Part shown: piece by piece, positions 63,801 to 64,000 of the stretch
How the letters are laid out: the number at the start of each line of letters is the position of its first letter
Numbering within the stretch: position 1 is the first letter of the stretch
Source: Octopus vulgaris
Lineage: Eukaryota
Direction of reading: 5' to 3'
Assembly: GCA_951406725.2 (NCBI GenBank)
Contig: OX597816.1
Location: forward strand, 168,764,001-168,828,000
DNA length: 64,000 bases
Position numbers and translations under genes: made by a program
The notes under the pieces: model-generated
Seen by the model: the letters and a program-made list of their open reading frames with translations, nothing else
Told to the model about the DNA's origin: nothing
The model's database searches: none

Positions 63801-64000
63801 ACGAGCCCACAACCAGCGTAACCTCCTGGTCCAGTTTCTTCCTTAACCCCTCCTCCCAACCTGGTTAGTTCCCCTACTCCCATCCATGTTGCCGTACTTT
63901 CCCCTACTTCTCCAACACCACCCTCCTCACAGGCACCCATCATCATCCCTATCATATTACAAACTCCCTTACCTGCACTTCCAGTAACATCGTTTACTGC
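60860..64000 (+). mobile_element. Penelope-like retroelement, decayed, running off the right edge
   Basis: IIIKLANKGGAVVVW, FLPKIHKPNNPGHPIVS, FTIDIKSLY..IPH, QQVLGVAMGT, RYIDDC and FLDISV; ends with LTCTSSNIVYC (start of a GIY-YIG endonuclease). Many frameshifts; 5' edge approximate. Confidence 0.9.

Overview
AT-rich, repeat-saturated animal genomic DNA. The SINE, RTE and Penelope repeats and the (TA)n/(CA)n density look like Octopus or another cephalopod (inference). The only clear host gene is the 5' part of a mitochondrial succinate-semialdehyde dehydrogenase (ALDH5A1-like) on the minus strand. Its four coding exons (17603-17465, 5991-5870, 2826-2743, 1250-1080) splice in frame to 172 codons and continue off the left edge. 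An AG acceptor directly before the ATG implies at least one upstream non-coding exon. The rest is nested transposons: two decayed autonomous Helitrons plus short non-autonomous ones, mariner/Tc1 and hAT remnants, TTAA MITEs, RTE/CR1/Penelope fragments, two solo LTRs and many tRNA-derived SINEs. There is also a CpG-decayed initiator tRNA-Met and a 42-copy 78-bp satellite. Two items stand out. (1) A young 2.05-kb retroposed element with a 17-bp target-site duplication (TSD) sits inside a SINE tRNA head and encodes only an intact ORF1/gag-like zinc-knuckle protein, with no ORF2. (2) Six minimal hammerhead-ribozyme-like motifs all lie on the ALDH5A1 sense strand, nearly all with disabling changes. 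All calls come from reading the sequence by eye; no searches were run.
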